Source of the DNA: Ascidiella aspersa | Taxonomy: Eukaryota | Direction: 5' to 3' | DNA: 64,000 nucleotides | NCBI GenBank assembly: GCA_963924565.1 | Contig: OZ004609.1 | Span: 7,936,001-8,000,000 of the forward strand | Part shown: positions 62,222 through 64,000 of the stretch, one piece after another | Layout: the number at the start of each line of letters is the position of its first letter | How positions within the stretch are numbered: position 1 is the first letter of the stretch | Translations under genes and position numbers: made by a program | Notes under the pieces: model-generated | Told to the model about the DNA's origin: nothing | Databases searched by the model: none | What the model saw: the letters and a program-made list of their open reading frames with translations, nothing else

Positions 62222-64000
62222 CTACAATTTCGCTGATTTACTTAAAACTGTTGATGATTTGCATACCAGAATTGGTACTCTTATGAAAGTTGCAATCCTG
62301 TTTGCAGTCTTTTGAAGCTTGGTGTAATTTACCACTGCCACTTTTTGATTTCCATTCTAAAATATAAGCAAACAAATTTAGTTACATAGGCATAAACACA
62401 GATAGCAGCTTTGTATATACACTCTAACAAAAACTTTTTTTAAATGGTGATATGACAATCTCAATGTTTTTTTAAAGAATGTAGATATTGTTTATCGCAG
62501 ATTAATGTTACGAAAAGCAACATTTCTTCTGCTAAAATGACATGCCTACTATTGTAAAAAAAATTTGTCTTTCTTGTATATTAGACAGAATTTAAAGTGA
62601 ACCACTTCTGTTTAAAAAAATAATTATACAGATTTGTTTATAAATACACTGGAGAGCAGGATTGTTTTATTTACAAATTTCTCCCAAAGATTGCAAATCA
62701 CTGGCTAAAGGTTCACCTTACTTACCTTGTGAACAATTAGGTCTTTTGAATCAACAAGGGCGTGCACACAATTTGAGATAAGATTTAGTGACAGCATTTC
62801 TTGTTGAACACCGTCAGTTTGCAAATGTCCAGCAATCCACCGCTGGATCTGATTAAAAAGAAATAAATTAATTAATTTTTTTCCAAAACTTTTAATGTCA
62901 AACCTAATAGTCTTTTGTGTAAACTACTGATAGTGCCAATCACTATAACCACACTTTACTGCCTTTTAATTTGTGCAACTATTGTTAAATGCTTAACATA
63001 TTAACACACAAATTCGGATTATAACGAAAATATATATAAATATATAAACAAACACCAATATATGGTGCTGAGTACATTAAGGGCATTTAGAGGATTGGCA
63101 AATCATTACTATTTCAAAACACTAGGTACATTAATCAATAGAAAGTTTATATATGTGATTTATATATATAGTGGAAAAATCTCTGAAAAAAAAAATTGTA
63201 ATACCTGTGAGGGGAGGGTATGTAACTGGTTTGAAGGTGACATGTTCAGTAGAAATTGGCAGCACATCCAGTAGCCTGAAAGGAATAGGGTGAACGTGGA
63301 TCGAAGAAAAACAAGCAACCGGTCTGCATGCTCTTCGATGTGGTACAAGCCACCATTTTGAGAGGTAATGACGCCACATTCTACAAGAAAGTTAATTCCA
63401 TTATTAAAATCCAGACTGTCTTTTACCGGCTCGAAAATGAAATCTTTCTTGAGAAGCTGTTGCAGGAATGTAAAGTCTTCTTTGAGTACATCTGGCTCGA
63501 TGAACTGTTTGGTAGGTTCATGTTGTTTAAGCTTATGGATGGAAAACGAAACCAAAGCCGGCCGGATAAAATTGTGAAGCATCTGGTTCCGGTAGTTGCC
63601 AAGCATGATGTGGTTCACCGTTTCTTCGATAACAGATGAATCGAGGAGACTTGACTTCATGGAGCCCTTTACCTTCGACTTGCTTCCAGCGACAAAAATT
63701 TTATCAGCTTTGCGGGGGTCGGTGTGCGTTTGTAGGTGCACGACATGTTGAAAGCGATGCAAATTGATGAGGACTATTTCGCGCATGGAACCTGCAGGCC
63801 ATATCACTGCAACTCTGCATTTGCCAAGAATCTGTCGGAACCAAAGCATTTCAAGCACAAATCTATCTAGAGAAATGCCCTGGGGATGTTGGGAGAGCAC
63901 CACAGCCATCGCTGCCCAAGCGGTGAAGATCATGTTTTGTTGCTGCCTAAGGATAAGTGTGTACCCGAGCAGTTCCATGTTTTGTTGCTCAGTGTTTGAC
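62222..64000 (-). CDS. GNPAT: Dihydroxyacetone phosphate acyltransferase, 3' part (5' end beyond window)
   Basis: Exons >64000-63205 (YRNQMLHNFIRPALV; FTFLQQLLKKDFIFEP), 62848-62726, 62356-62222 ending in the peroxisomal PTS1 signal AKL*. Confidence 0.9.

Overview
AT-rich, intron-rich animal genomic DNA; gene content, intron sizes and mosaic CpG depletion suggest an invertebrate chordate such as an ascidian (inference). The main feature is a minus-strand atlastin/GBP-family GTPase gene (17237 to beyond the left edge; at least 29 coding exons, about 1330 aa in the window). Its intact atlastin GTPase domain is followed by at least 11 tandem ~89-aa three-helix-bundle repeats, each encoded by the same phase-0 two-exon module, instead of the usual one bundle plus transmembrane hairpin. 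One of its introns holds a perfect 115-bp-arm palindrome carrying a minimal hammerhead ribozyme of the Penelope-like-element type. To the right lie a ~3.1-kb tandem duplication (nested hAT MITEs, possible decayed ephrin-like sequence), a decayed ABCC4/MRP4-like pseudogene interrupted by a Helitron end, and a ~6-kb tandem duplication of ZDHHC16 exons 4-7. Intact ZDHHC16, SGSH, PRELID1, CDK2AP1 and the 3' part of GNPAT follow. All exon models were read by hand from GT-AG sites and reading frame; no database searches were run.
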